From IMG/VR virus record IMGVR_UViG_3300027851_000034, positions 1 to 54,539 of that record: a stretch of 54,539 nt of DNA, one strand, 5' to 3'. Shown here piece by piece: positions 26,211-36,744 of this stretch; the first letter of the stretch is position 1; every line of letters starts with the position of its first letter. Position numbers and translations under genes: made by a program. A model generated the notes under the pieces. The model worked only from the letters and a program-made list of their open reading frames with translations. It had not been told where the DNA came from and ran no database searches. Source of the stretch: a virus (Duplodnaviria; Caudoviricetes).

Positions 26211-29200
26211 CAAATCCTCCTGCTCATGACTGCCACTTCAAACTCAATGCCCTCAATGGCAACCCGCCCGGCGGCAGCGGACAGGCCAAACGCAAAGAAT
26301 CTGGACTTGCGCCCGATGCCAAACTTTTGGCGGTGGTTGCGCAGCACCGTGGTCGCGCTTGTCGAGTGCCCACTGGCGGCAGCGGGCACGTCTCCCGACC
26401 GGATTGTGTAAGTCATGGCCTGCGGCACATAACCCCCCAGGTAGGCAGACACCACCGTCTTGCGTTGCGCCATTCCAAAATCCGTCATGCACGTCTCCCA
26501 TGCCCACGGAATCGGGGAATCGTTGTCTGTGGTGCCGCCAATTTCATGCAACCCATCCTCGGCAACGCCAAAGAACGAATTGCCCATGCGTATCACCTGA
26601 ATGAATGGGTACGCCGGATACCGCGTCATGGCCCTGTTTGCCACCGTGAAGCTGTATGCAACCCGCGTTGTGGCCACCACGGGCGAAATGACGCCCATCA
26701 ACCTGGCCGCCGGAACCGCACGCTCCAATGCCACCCAATTTCCACGAACCGCAGCCGGAATCACCCCACTCAAGCGCAGCACATTCATGCTGCTGACAAC
26801 CATGCTTGCCATGGCGGCTGGCACCACCGAGCGCAGGCGAAATGCACCGCCCACCACAGCCGAGGTGCGGCAGGTGGCCACCGGAACCGTGCCAGCCATC
26901 TGAATGCCAGTCCACGCCGACACCGTGGCGGCAGGCACCTGGGCACCAACCCTCAGCACCGAGCCACTCAAAATCACAGCCTGCCCAGTCACACGCGCAA
27001 GCCTCGCATCCAGGCGAAGCGTGTTCGAGACCGTCGCAGAAGAACTCAACACGGCAGCTGGCACCGATTTGCGCAACACCAATCCAGTTCGCGCCGACAC
27101 CGAGGCGGCAGGCACCATTGCATTCAGCGACAACCCACGGTAAGCAGAAACGCGGGCGCGCAGCGTTGCCGCTGGGACCGTGGCATTCACCAGGAATTGA
27201 GTGGCGTTGGCCATCAGGGTTGCCGCCGGCACAGCGGCATTCAGTCGCCACACCACCGGGTCAATCAAACTGAACAGGGCGCTGGAGCTGGCCGCCCCAT
27301 CCAGCGTGGCATCACCGGAAAACTCCGCGCTGGCCAGGTGCATGAACACGGCAATCTGCGTCATGCCCTCAACATCAGACGCACCCGTCAGCTCAACCGG
27401 TGGCCCAGAGTAGAAACTTGCAGCCGCCCCTCCGTCGTCCAGCGTGGCCGCACCGTCAAACGTCACCGGCACACCCGCCAGAAAAGCCCCATCACCGCCA
27501 CACCCATCCAACTCCGCGCTGCCAGAGATGGCAACGCCATTGCCGTCGAGCGTGTAGGCGTCACCAGACGCCACCGCCGCCCCCAGGGTCACAGCCCCCG
27601 AAAAATACGCCGCCGGGTGGTTGGCCTGCTGGTGGAACGAGCCAGAGCCAACGAAGTCGTCCAGGGTGTGGTAGCCGGCAAGGTCCGCGTTTCCTGATGG
27701 CACAGGCCCGCCAGACCCGATGAATGCTGGGGTGTAGTCGGTCACGTACACCGGCTCCCCCACCACCACCTGAATGTCTTTCATGAGGCCAGCAAACTGG
27801 GAGCCACTTGCGCTGTTGGACGCAATGCCGAACAGCGCGACGGAAGACGGGGCCGCGCCGGGGGCACTCACCGAAGCGGAAAGCACCCCGTCGATGAACC
27901 CGCGCAGCGTGCCAGCCGAATCCCGGGTGACGGCAATGTGGACCAGGGTGTTGAGCGGCACCGTCGCCGTCGTTGTCGCGTAGACGCCCGCAGCACCAAA
28001 CGCCAGCGTGCCACCGTTCTCGATGACGACCCAGGGCGCGCTCGTTGTCCTGTACGCCGCATTCGCCTCCGCAACCGTGGCCCCGCTGTAGATGAACGCG
28101 CCATTGAAGCTGCGTGCGGTCTGGTACACGAATGCGCGGATGCAGAACGGCTCGGTGCCCACGGTCGCCAGTTCGGCGATGGCGTCAGAGTAAAAGCGAG
28201 ATGGGTAGTTGCTGAACGCAATCCCCAGACCGTCTACCTCCGGGCTCGTCGATGGCGTAATCGACGAGAGCGTGGCACCGTAGTGGCGCGTCGAACTGTC
28301 ATATGGGAACACACCGCCGCTTGCATCCCCGAGAAGCTGCAGCACCACATTTTCTGGGTCTGGCTCAGAGTTTGACGTACCCACAGAACTCGGGACACTG
28401 GTCGTCGGCCACGGGAGCGCGGGAAACGCATCGTCATACCGACCTGCGGCAGTCACCCTCACACCATAGAGCTTGGAGACTGCCGACACCGTTTCAACGG
28501 TCTCGCGCAGAAACAGCGCCGCCACCCGTGGGCCTGGCGTGTCGGCAACGTGCGTCGCCACATAGAGCCCAGGCTGAACCTGGTTCCACACCCCTATGCC
28601 CAGACGCAGCGAAAGCGCGGCCAGACCGCCAGCCACGTCACCCTTCAGGCTGACAGACGCGATTTGCGTTGGCAGCCAACCGGTGTGGTTTGTGTCGAGG
28701 TGCGCCGTGAGGGTGTAGTCCCGGCTCGGGTCGGCCACAAAAACCGAAAAGTGCGTGACCTGGTTCACCGCAACGCTGCTGCCGAACCGCGCCGGAGACC
28801 CGACATCCACGCGACCAACCACGGCAAACGTGTCGGTACGGCTGAAGAAATTGCCCCCCAGGTCATACCCTTGGGCCAGAATTTCAGATGTGCCACTGAT
28901 CTCGGGCGGCGTGGCCAGCAGCACCTCGTCAGACGGTGATCGCGCAAACACACTGAGCTTGTAGGCACCGCCACCCAGCGCGGTCGAGCTGCAGGCAAAG
29001 CCAGCGGACTGAAGCGCCGCCATGAAGCCCGCAACGAGTTCTGCCCCGGCGGATGAATCATCCTTGCTTGCCAGCTGCACGGTGTGCTCGGCACCAAACC
29101 CGGAAATCGTCGCAGAGCCTCCAGAGGCCACGCGCCCAATCGGCAGAAACCCGCCGCCCAGAAGCTGCACCGTTGGGTCGATGATGGCCCGCAGGGTGAA

Positions 29201-29857
29201 CTCGGCCGCAATGGCCGTGATCGAAAGCCCCGCCGGGCCAAGGCTCACCGATGCGCTCGCCTGCGCTGCGGACGGCACCACATCCACGGCCTTTGCCCCG
29301 CCAACCACAAACGGGTAAGCCTCGGTGACCGGCGTGAAGTACGGAAAACCATAGGCGATTGGGCTGCCGCCATCAGGCGTAACAACCACATCGACAGTCA
29401 TGGCCGCCGTGTTCAGCTGAACGCGGATGTACGACTTGCCTGCAGACAGCTGAATGGCCCCCGTCTTGAAGGCTGCGCCGTTTTTCGTCACAAAGACCGA
29501 ATACCGGTCGGCCACATCATCATCGCCCGTGATGGCCACACCTGGGGCAGACAGCAAGTTGCCACCCGGGCTCCACGCCGCCTCCACAACCGCCTCGATG
29601 GCAGTCGCCACCGCCCCCGGGTGCTGCATCACAGACAGCACATACCCGCCAACTTCGGATGTCTCGCTCGACGCCGTCAGCTGGCCAGCCGCACCAAACA
29701 CAAGGCAGCCGCTGCCTGGCGTGGTGTTGGCCGTGGAGACCTCCATGTCATAGACGGCAAGCGACATCCCCTCCACCCGGCGGGTAGGCACCGCGTTCGC
29801 CGCGGATGCCCCCTGAACCAGGAGCTGGGTCTGCTCGAAAAGGGGATCAACGGCCAT
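26210..29857 (-). CDS. Large tail protein with LamG/ConA-like domain
   Basis: FCIRAFVY...HIAVTRD...GFIDG...FAGLMKDIQV; VPAA repeats; structural C-terminal domain. Confidence 0.75.
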   Translation of the reverse strand: MAVDPLFEQTQLLVQGASAANAVPTRRVEGMSLAVYDMEVSTANTTPGSGCLVFGAAGQLTASSETSEVGGYVLSVMQHPGAVATAIEAVVEAAWSPGGNLLSAPGVAITGDDDVADRYSVFVTKNGAAFKTGAIQLSAGKSYIRVQLNTAAMTVDVVVTPDGGSPIAYGFPYFTPVTEAYPFVVGGAKAVDVVPSAAQASASVSLGPAGLSITAIAAEFTLRAIIDPTVQLLGGGFLPIGRVASGGSATISGFGAEHTVQLASKDDSSAGAELVAGFMAALQSAGFACSSTALGGGAYKLSVFARSPSDEVLLATPPEISGTSEILAQGYDLGGNFFSRTDTFAVVGRVDVGSPARFGSSVAVNQVTHFSVFVADPSRDYTLTAHLDTNHTGWLPTQIASVSLKGDVAGGLAALSLRLGIGVWNQVQPGLYVATHVADTPGPRVAALFLRETVETVSAVSKLYGVRVTAAGRYDDAFPALPWPTTSVPSSVGTSNSEPDPENVVLQLLGDASGGVFPYDSSTRHYGATLSSITPSTSPEVDGLGIAFSNYPSRFYSDAIAELATVGTEPFCIRAFVYQTARSFNGAFIYSGATVAEANAAYRTTSAPWVVIENGGTLAFGAAGVYATTTATVPLNTLVHIAVTRDSAGTLRGFIDGVLSASVSAPGAAPSSVALFGIASNSASGSQFAGLMKDIQVVVGEPVYVTDYTPAFIGSGGPVPSGNADLAGYHTLDDFVGSGSFHQQANHPAAYFSGAVTLGAAVASGDAYTLDGNGVAISGSAELDGCGGDGAFLAGVPVTFDGAATLDDGGAAASFYSGPPVELTGASDVEGMTQIAVFMHLASAEFSGDATLDGAASSSALFSLIDPVVWRLNAAVPAATLMANATQFLVNATVPAATLRARVSAYRGLSLNAMVPAASVSARTGLVLRKSVPAAVLSSSATVSNTLRLDARLARVTGQAVILSGSVLRVGAQVPAATVSAWTGIQMAGTVPVATCRTSAVVGGAFRLRSVVPAAMASMVVSSMNVLRLSGVIPAAVRGNWVALERAVPAARLMGVISPVVATTRVAYSFTVANRAMTRYPAYPFIQVIRMGNSFFGVAEDGLHEIGGTTDNDSPIPWAWETCMTDFGMAQRKTVVSAYLGGYVPQAMTYTIRSGDVPAAASGHSTSATTVLRNHRQKFGIGRKSRFFAFGLSAAAGRVAIEGIEFEVAVMSRRI

Positions 29858-29881
29858 GAACGGCCTCCACTGTTGGGTTTA

Positions 29882-30277
29882 TCAGGCGTTTCCGGCGGTC
29901 AGGGTCTTTGCCGTGATCACCAGCACCTGACCCGTCGTCAGCGATGTCGCGCCGTTCAGGTCGGCGCCTGAAGCACCCATGGTGCCTTGCTCATGACACG
30001 TGGTTCCGGCGTTGTCCAGAATCCGGTAGTACCCCGCCACACCGTCTGCCACCACGGTGCCAGACCAGGAGCCGAGCAGGCCCTTGGAGCCAGATGCCGC
30101 GTTTGATGCCCAGTCAGCAGGCAGTGTCAGCTCGGCCAGCAAGGTGCCTGTCTGGGCAGCGGCGCAGCTTGCCGGTGCCGCACCGGTCAAAACGCGCAGC
30201 TTGGGAGATGCACCTACGGTTGCCTCGTGGGCATCCAGCTGAGCGTTGCGGGAGGCAACAGAGAATTTGATGGCCAT
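29882..30277 (-). CDS. Virion structural protein (paralogue of 32050-32508)
   Basis: MAIKFS..RNA...TGAAPA...GTLLA. Confidence 0.75.
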   Translation of the reverse strand: MAIKFSVASRNAQLDAHEATVGASPKLRVLTGAAPASCAAAQTGTLLAELTLPADWASNAASGSKGLLGSWSGTVVADGVAGYYRILDNAGTTCHEQGTMGASGADLNGATSLTTGQVLVITAKTLTAGNA

Positions 30278-30286
30278 GGTTGCTCC

Positions 30287-32053
30287 TTACTGGAATGAAA
30301 TTTGGAAACGGTTAAGGCACTGCGCATAAAGCCAGTGCATGAAGTCGTTGGGAGACATGACGGCAGAAACCGTCTCGGGAATCGATGCCGAGGCCATGTG
30401 CCCGGCGTCCACGGCAGACCCGGGGTCGGGGTGCTGCGGCAACATCCAATCCATCAGACCGCCAAGCACGCAAATGCCATCCGGCAAATCCGGTGACACG
30501 CCCCGGGCAATCAGCGCCGCCAGGTCAACCTCAATGGCGGCTGCCGCAATCGCCTGTGGGCTGGACCATGATCCCGCGGGCGTCCTCGACTGCTTGAAAA
30601 ATGCATGGCTTCGCATCGCCCTCACAGAGCGATCCAGCGCCGGCCGATTTGTGTAAGCGGCCTCGCGCTCGTGGTCTGGGTAGGCGTTGCAAATGGAGTA
30701 GCAGGATGTCAGAGGCTGCGTGTTCCTGAGCTCAAGCGCCGGAATCCAAAGCCACTCGTCGGTCTCGTAGTCGTAGGCCTCGTACTCGAACATGGCAAAG
30801 AAAACCTCGCCCGTTTGCCCCCCATAAAAGAAGTCAAACGAAACGGGATCGGTGGCCGTTGAGCGCGGCGACTGCAGCCATTCGCCATAGAAGTCCAGCG
30901 GGGTTGCCTGCGCCATGGGGGGTGCCGAAGCCTCTGTCGTTCGCACCACGCCATTCACCAGGTAGCCAAACGCCTGTCTGTTGCTGATGAACCGGGGCAC
31001 ATAGGTGTTCGTGTAGCTCACACCAAAGTCCACAGATCCACACGTTTGCACGGCTGGTGCGTAGTTCCCACCGGATGTTGACGCCGGGATCGCCTCGTAA
31101 CTGCCATCCGGCCTCCAGGCCAATTGCGACGCCTTGCTACCAAGCACAAACGGCTCGGACGGGGCCTCCCTGGGCGTGTAATCCGGGTGCATCACCGGAT
31201 TGAACATGGGCAGCACGGCCAGACCCTGGCCGATCTCATGGCGAAGCGCCGCAATCTGAGAGGCCCGCCCTGCCCTCTGTCTGGCGATCAGGTCAACAAA
31301 GTAAGGCGGGCAGACGATGGATGGCAGGTTTTTGGCCTCCCACTCGGCCAGCACGGTGCTGGTCCAAACAGAAAGCTGCTCCAGGTACGCCTGCTGAAGC
31401 GATCCGGCTGCCGCGTTCCACTGCGCGTACTGCTGCTGGTAGTCGATTTCAGATTGCCAAACCGCCAAACGCCAGTCGTCCGCAGGGCTGTACAGCGCAA
31501 CAGGCATGCCCGCCTCGTTGTCTCCAGCGCTTGAGATGCCGTAATACTCCCTCATCCCAAGCAGCCGCAGTCTTGCCTCTGCCTCTGAAACACCTTGATT
31601 CAACTGGACAAACACAGGCAGGCGGGCGGCAAGCTGAGCTTCAAATGCAGCCAGCAGCGATGGCCCCTCGTACTCCAACACCTCCGCCTTGAAGTCGTCT
31701 TGCCCCGGGCGCTCATAAACGGGTGGGTCGTCACCACGGGGTGGCGCTGGTGGTATTGGCCTCTCGCCCTCACCCTGGGGCCCGCCGTATGCATCCACGG
31801 CGTTGACCGCACTGAACTCAAGCTGCACAAACAGCGGGAACGCCACCCAGCCACGCGGCATCTGCTGGGCATCGCGCAGCATCACAAGCGACTGGTTGCC
31901 CACAATCCTGATTTCGACCTCCGCATCCCCAAGGTCATATTTGGTCGCGCGGTTTCCTCCCTGGCTTCGCAGCACACGCTCACGTGCCAGCGCCCAGCCC
32001 AGGTACTGCTCGCCGCCCTCAATGACCTTGTGAATGACCGGCATTGGAATCAC
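30287..32053 (-). CDS. Hypothetical virion protein (588 aa)
   Basis: In the tail operon; GTGA coupling. Confidence 0.7.
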   Translation of the reverse strand: MIPMPVIHKVIEGGEQYLGWALARERVLRSQGGNRATKYDLGDAEVEIRIVGNQSLVMLRDAQQMPRGWVAFPLFVQLEFSAVNAVDAYGGPQGEGERPIPPAPPRGDDPPVYERPGQDDFKAEVLEYEGPSLLAAFEAQLAARLPVFVQLNQGVSEAEARLRLLGMREYYGISSAGDNEAGMPVALYSPADDWRLAVWQSEIDYQQQYAQWNAAAGSLQQAYLEQLSVWTSTVLAEWEAKNLPSIVCPPYFVDLIARQRAGRASQIAALRHEIGQGLAVLPMFNPVMHPDYTPREAPSEPFVLGSKASQLAWRPDGSYEAIPASTSGGNYAPAVQTCGSVDFGVSYTNTYVPRFISNRQAFGYLVNGVVRTTEASAPPMAQATPLDFYGEWLQSPRSTATDPVSFDFFYGGQTGEVFFAMFEYEAYDYETDEWLWIPALELRNTQPLTSCYSICNAYPDHEREAAYTNRPALDRSVRAMRSHAFFKQSRTPAGSWSSPQAIAAAAIEVDLAALIARGVSPDLPDGICVLGGLMDWMLPQHPDPGSAVDAGHMASASIPETVSAVMSPNDFMHWLYAQCLNRFQISFQ

Positions 32054-32508
32054 TGGGCCGGGTAGGTCAGCACAAATTGGTCAACGGTGTTGGGCGCGCC
32101 AGTCGTCACATTGATATTGCCGATGGTCATGTCGCCGCCACTGGTGGCAATCGAGCCATCCAAGCGCACGGCCGTGGTGCTCGATGCCCCGGCATCCACC
32201 GCGTTGCCCTTGAATCGAAACCACCCTGCCGTGCCATTGGCCAGACCCGTGAACTGCCAGTTGCTGGAAGACTTCGACACGGAGCCACTGGCCGCAGACG
32301 CGAACGTCAGGCCGTTGGTGGGGCTCCCGGGCGTGAATGCGGCACCGTTTGTGGTCACAACCCCCAGCAGCGTCCCGGCAACGGGGTCATCAGCCGTGGC
32401 GGGCTGAGCACCCGTGTAAATCTCAATGACACCACCGGCCAGCGCACCGGCCATGCCGATGGTGCCAATGGTTGCATTGCGCAATCCCGTTGAAAAGCGA
32501 AGTGCCAT
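32050..32508 (-). CDS. Virion structural protein
   Basis: MALRFSTGLRN...IYTGAQPATAD...GTAGWFR...RLDG. Confidence 0.8.
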   Translation of the reverse strand: MALRFSTGLRNATIGTIGMAGALAGGVIEIYTGAQPATADDPVAGTLLGVVTTNGAAFTPGSPTNGLTFASAASGSVSKSSSNWQFTGLANGTAGWFRFKGNAVDAGASSTTAVRLDGSIATSGGDMTIGNINVTTGAPNTVDQFVLTYPAQ

Positions 32509-32521
32509 AGTGTTTTGCTCC

Positions 32522-33706
32522 TTAAAGTCGCTGGTTGAATGCCACGCCACCGTCAATCAGGTTGGCCATGAGCTTTTTCTGCCCGTCGCGCTCGACAACG
32601 CACAGACTCGCCTGCGCTCCCGGCGGAACGCTGACGGTGTTGCTTGTGAGGTTTGAGAACGGCAGCGCATCGCAAATTCCGCGCTGCGTCCAGATCAGCA
32701 CCTTTTTTGTGCCAGGGTCAGTTGCCCACGGCCAGCCAGGCACCACACCGTAGGTGGCCAGCTCAGCCAGCGATTCCTCGTTGTAGGCATGAATGCCAAT
32801 GGACGTGCCAATCAGCAGGGCCTCGCCCGCATCGGCCAGCATGTGCACCTGCCCGGGGACCATCAAAAAGTCCTCGTGCAGGTCAAACAAATGGTGTTGC
32901 AGCGGCTTGCTGAACCAAATCACCGATGCGTTTTCGGCTGGCAGGTACATCGCCGCGTACATGCGTGCGCGGTATGAGGCGATCACCGTCGCACCGGTGG
33001 GCACATCACCCAAATGCATGGTTTGCAGCGCCTCGCCCAGCATGTCTGGGCTGTCATTCCAACGCAGTGACGTTGCAGCCGTCGTGGCAGCCAGGCCAAA
33101 CACCGGAGAGTCGGCGGGCGTCACATAGACGCGAGTCAACGCGCCAGGGCGCTGTGGAATGTTCGTGATCGAAAGCGACTCGCCCTGCGCAATTCGTATG
33201 GCTTGAGCCGTTCCAGCCCCAGTTTCACGGCCATCAGCCATGACGAACGTGCACACCACCTGATACACCCCGGCGTCCAGGCGTCCGAAAGGATCAGCCC
33301 CCAGAGAGACGGGTGCAGGAACCCCGCATTGCCAGGCGTCGCAAGAATCATCGTCACCGATGCGGCCATAGTCCACGCCATTGCTGAAGTACACATGGTT
33401 GTTCACCTCTGCCCAGTACATGCGCGCCGACACCGTCAGCGTCGCCAGCGAGACAAGCGCCATGCCCGGCGTGACGCGGCACACCTGATTGCCAGAAATG
33501 ACGTAGGCGCGTTGGTGGTCTTTTGTGGAAAACCCACCGGACATTGGGGTGGCAATGCGCCGAGTAAAGCCCTCTCGGGATTCGATGCGCCCGGCGTCGG
33601 TCACATCCACGTTGTCGGCCACCGACAGCCACCCAATGCCCGTGCGCGTGTACTCGCCGACGTTGTTCAGGCCGCCCCACTTGCTGACAGCAATTTTTTC
33701 AGCCAT
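32522..33706 (-). CDS. Tail nozzle/stabilisation-like beta-propeller protein
   Basis: WGGLNN...ADNVDVTDAG N-terminus; follows the adaptor. Confidence 0.7.
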   Translation of the reverse strand: MAEKIAVSKWGGLNNVGEYTRTGIGWLSVADNVDVTDAGRIESREGFTRRIATPMSGGFSTKDHQRAYVISGNQVCRVTPGMALVSLATLTVSARMYWAEVNNHVYFSNGVDYGRIGDDDSCDAWQCGVPAPVSLGADPFGRLDAGVYQVVCTFVMADGRETGAGTAQAIRIAQGESLSITNIPQRPGALTRVYVTPADSPVFGLAATTAATSLRWNDSPDMLGEALQTMHLGDVPTGATVIASYRARMYAAMYLPAENASVIWFSKPLQHHLFDLHEDFLMVPGQVHMLADAGEALLIGTSIGIHAYNEESLAELATYGVVPGWPWATDPGTKKVLIWTQRGICDALPFSNLTSNTVSVPPGAQASLCVVERDGQKKLMANLIDGGVAFNQRL

Positions 33707-33709
33707 GGG

Positions 33710-34381
33710 TCAGCCCATCCAGCACGGCTGGGTGTGATGCGGAACATTCGCATGTCCGGTGCGTCGCGTGTCCGCATCCACTCCCATACCAAAAATCCGA
33801 GCGAACGCACTTTCTGCACGTGCGGTACGTTCGGCGTCGTGCACCTCGGCATCCGGGATGCTGAATGCCCGGTACAGCGCCCAGTGCACCAGGTGCCTGT
33901 GGTGAATGGCTGCAATCTCTGGCTCGTCCGCATCGCCAAGCATCGGATTCAGCGGCAACCTCTGCACCTCCAGCCGAATAACGCCGTCCGCGTCAGGCCT
34001 GCACCCGAGCCGAATGTGGGTGTCGTTGTGAATCAGGCTTGTGGGCGTGCCAACCAGTTGCCTCCAGCCAGGGCGGGTCCGGTCCAGCTCATATGCATCC
34101 GTCTGGTGCATCTCCACCTCACCAGTGGACCCAACCGGCGTGAATGCCGCACGCGTGATGCAAATAATTGACGCATGCACCGGGTACGTCATGACACCGG
34201 CTTGGACATCAATCTCGCACACCGACTCGTCATCGGATTCGTGCAGCAGATTTGCGCGAATGCAGGCCTCTTCCTGTGCTTCATTGAGCCACTGGATGAT
34301 CGAGTCATCAGAAAACAGGTATGGCTCCAACTTATCCTCGGAATCCACCCTGAATTGAGCAATCAGCTGCTCCAGTCTCAT
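33710..34381 (-). CDS. Head-tail adaptor protein
   Basis: LFSDDSIIQWLNEAQEEACIR...PEIAAIHHRHLVHWALYRAF...DAE. Confidence 0.8.
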   Translation of the reverse strand: MRLEQLIAQFRVDSEDKLEPYLFSDDSIIQWLNEAQEEACIRANLLHESDDESVCEIDVQAGVMTYPVHASIICITRAAFTPVGSTGEVEMHQTDAYELDRTRPGWRQLVGTPTSLIHNDTHIRLGCRPDADGVIRLEVQRLPLNPMLGDADEPEIAAIHHRHLVHWALYRAFSIPDAEVHDAERTARAESAFARIFGMGVDADTRRTGHANVPHHTQPCWMG

Positions 34382-34383
34382 GG

Positions 34384-34779
34384 TCAGGCCACGCCAAACT
34401 GGTCAAAGTGCTGGCAAACCTGGGTGCGCAGGTTCTCCACCTTCATGCGCTTGTCCAAATCGATTCGCCAGTGAGTCTTGGCAAATGTGGCCAGCGCGTC
34501 TTTGTCCATTTGGGCAAAGGTGTCGCGCATGTCCTGCTGCTGGTTGAACTCCTTGGCGCGCTTGTCATCCTCTGTGGTGTCGGTGACCTCAACAACCACG
34601 GCAGACTCAGACGCCACATCATCAGCTCGCACGTACACAGATTGGTGTTTGAGCATCTTCAGCGCGAACTGCGCCGGGATGTGAAGGGTTTGCCCCTTCT
34701 CAAACGTCACGCCAGAACCGCATGCGCCGTCCTTGTAGACGGGGCGGTGCCCAATGTAGGTAATCGCGATGGTGCTCAT
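34384..34779 (-). CDS. Hypothetical head-associated protein
   Basis: Position in the operon. Confidence 0.7.
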   Translation of the reverse strand: MSTIAITYIGHRPVYKDGACGSGVTFEKGQTLHIPAQFALKMLKHQSVYVRADDVASESAVVVEVTDTTEDDKRAKEFNQQQDMRDTFAQMDKDALATFAKTHWRIDLDKRMKVENLRTQVCQHFDQFGVA

Positions 34780-34847
34780 AGTGAATCTGCCTGGGTTGTT
34801 GGCCCCGAGCGCATGTCCCGGGGCGGCCGATTGGCGTCTGGTGACGC

Positions 34848-35327
34848 CTACACGCCGACGTGTTCGCCGGTCACCAAGATCACGGCGTTGGCGGCGGTGG
34901 TGTGATTTGCGCCACCGGTGGTCAGGGTCAGAAACGCATCCTTGGGCAGCGTCACCGGCACCACGGAGTTGTTGCTTGCCCGGTAGCGGCCCGCCGTGTT
35001 GATGGCCACGGCTGCACCGAAGTAGTCGGCATCCTGTGGCACAGTCGCGTCATCCACGCCGTCAGCGTAGGCAAAGCCCAGCGTTCCGGTCACTGAAGCG
35101 GTGAACGCGTCGTTGACGATGGTCAGGCTGTCGTGCAGACGAAAGCCCGCAGGCAGGATGCCAATGCGAATCACGTCTCCCGACGCGACAGCAGCGGTGG
35201 AATCGCTGTTGACCACAGCGCCAGACGCATTGGTGGTCACAACGTATTCCAAGGTGGTCAAGTTGCCGTAGGGCACGGCACCAAAGTTCTGGGTGTCTTG
35301 GTAGCGTTTTTTGGTAACGGTGGCCAT
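34848..35327 (-). CDS. Capsid decoration/cement protein
   Basis: Beta-rich protein right after the capsid gene; GDVIRIGILPAG; RBS AAGGAG. Confidence 0.7.
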   Translation of the reverse strand: MATVTKKRYQDTQNFGAVPYGNLTTLEYVVTTNASGAVVNSDSTAAVASGDVIRIGILPAGFRLHDSLTIVNDAFTASVTGTLGFAYADGVDDATVPQDADYFGAAVAINTAGRYRASNNSVVPVTLPKDAFLTLTTGGANHTTAANAVILVTGEHVGV

Positions 35328-35395
35328 GGTCAGGCTCCTTCAAAATCGGGTTGGATGCTTGCGATGAGTGGGCCGAAGCCCACCCAGAATCACAA

Positions 35396-36679
35396 TCAGG
35401 CCTCGGCAGGGACTGCCACAGCCGTGTCGATGACGGTCACGCCGTAATCGGTCAGTCGCTTTTCGTCGCCGTGGTCGATCTCGAAGCGAATCTTGGAGCA
35501 GCCGCGAATCGTGCCCACCAACAGTTCCAGCTTGTCGTCGTGGTCCAGTTCCTTCTCGCTCCAGAAGAAGGGGCCACCAGATTTGTTGTGCTTCGCAAAC
35601 GCCTCGGCCAGCGCCTGGCCACCCAACAGGATGGCGCGGTCCACCGCGAAGTTGGTGCCAAAAGACGCTGGCACGGTGGCCACCGATTCAGCCTCGCTGG
35701 TGTACGAGGCGCAGTAACGCACCTGGTCGCCAGCGCGAAAGCGGATGGGCTTGGGCATCTTCACAATCAAGATGCCGTTCCACAGGCCAGCTTCGCCAAG
35801 GAACAAGGGGTGCATGTTGGCCTGCTGTGCGCGTGCCATCGAGCTTGCTTGCAACTGCCGGAAGGTGCTGTCCTGGGAAAAGCCGCTGTACTGGGCAGGA
35901 GACACCAGCAACACGCGCAGTGGGCTGTCCGTCGCTGCCTTGTCACCCTCGAAAATCACGGGAGGTGGAGGCAAGGCGATGGTGTCCATCACGGTGCGAA
36001 TGCCGTCAACCACGCTCATGTTGAACAGGTCAGTGGTGGCAATCGACATTTCGCCCGCGTTTTGGGCAAAAGCCTCGATGCCAGAGCCGGTGCTCATGTA
36101 GTGGCGGTTCTTGGTGGGAGCCTTCACCGGGTTCACCATGATCTTGGCGAAATCCGGGTCCGAAGCCAGGGGAACAGCCCACTCGATGTTGTTGTGGAAG
36201 CCACGGGCACCGGCCATGTGCACCAACATGGACTGGTCGCCGTAGCGATCCATGAAAGCCTGGGCGGAAGCGCGGGCCAGTGTGCGCAGCTCATGAGGGC
36301 TGCGAATCTGGCTCATGGTGTCGCCAGCAGAGATGGGGAATCGCGCCTGGTTGACGCGCAGCCGGTCTTGGCTGAACGACATACCAACACCACGGCCTTC
36401 AGCGTTCTCGCCGCCCATGATGGGCTTGCCGCCAACTGGGTTCAACAGGTCGAACTCAATCTCGTCACCCATCTTTTTGCCCAAGTCCATGGCGCGGACG
36501 ATGGGATAGTGAGAGCTGGTCTGCTTGCGCGTGTTGCTCTCAGCGTCGGCCTGCGTGGGCATCTTGCCCGTCAGGCGGTTGAGGGTCGTGTTGCGCGCCA
36601 TGTGGGCGGTGAACAGACCTGCGGCCTGCACCACCTTGGCCATGGGGTGGCCATAGGGAATACTCGTTTTGCTACCCAT
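35396..36679 (-). CDS. Major capsid protein (N4-gp56/DUF4043 family)
   Basis: DLGKKMGDEIEFDL...MG..AEG...GLWNGILI...RAILLGGQALAEA; RBS AAGGAG. Confidence 0.9.
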   Translation of the reverse strand: MGSKTSIPYGHPMAKVVQAAGLFTAHMARNTTLNRLTGKMPTQADAESNTRKQTSSHYPIVRAMDLGKKMGDEIEFDLLNPVGGKPIMGGENAEGRGVGMSFSQDRLRVNQARFPISAGDTMSQIRSPHELRTLARASAQAFMDRYGDQSMLVHMAGARGFHNNIEWAVPLASDPDFAKIMVNPVKAPTKNRHYMSTGSGIEAFAQNAGEMSIATTDLFNMSVVDGIRTVMDTIALPPPPVIFEGDKAATDSPLRVLLVSPAQYSGFSQDSTFRQLQASSMARAQQANMHPLFLGEAGLWNGILIVKMPKPIRFRAGDQVRYCASYTSEAESVATVPASFGTNFAVDRAILLGGQALAEAFAKHNKSGGPFFWSEKELDHDDKLELLVGTIRGCSKIRFEIDHGDEKRLTDYGVTVIDTAVAVPAEA

Positions 36680-36744
36680 GATGGGCTCCTTCAGTGGGAG
36701 GGGGCCACGCCATCCCGGCGTTGCCTTGCTCTGTCAAAAACCGG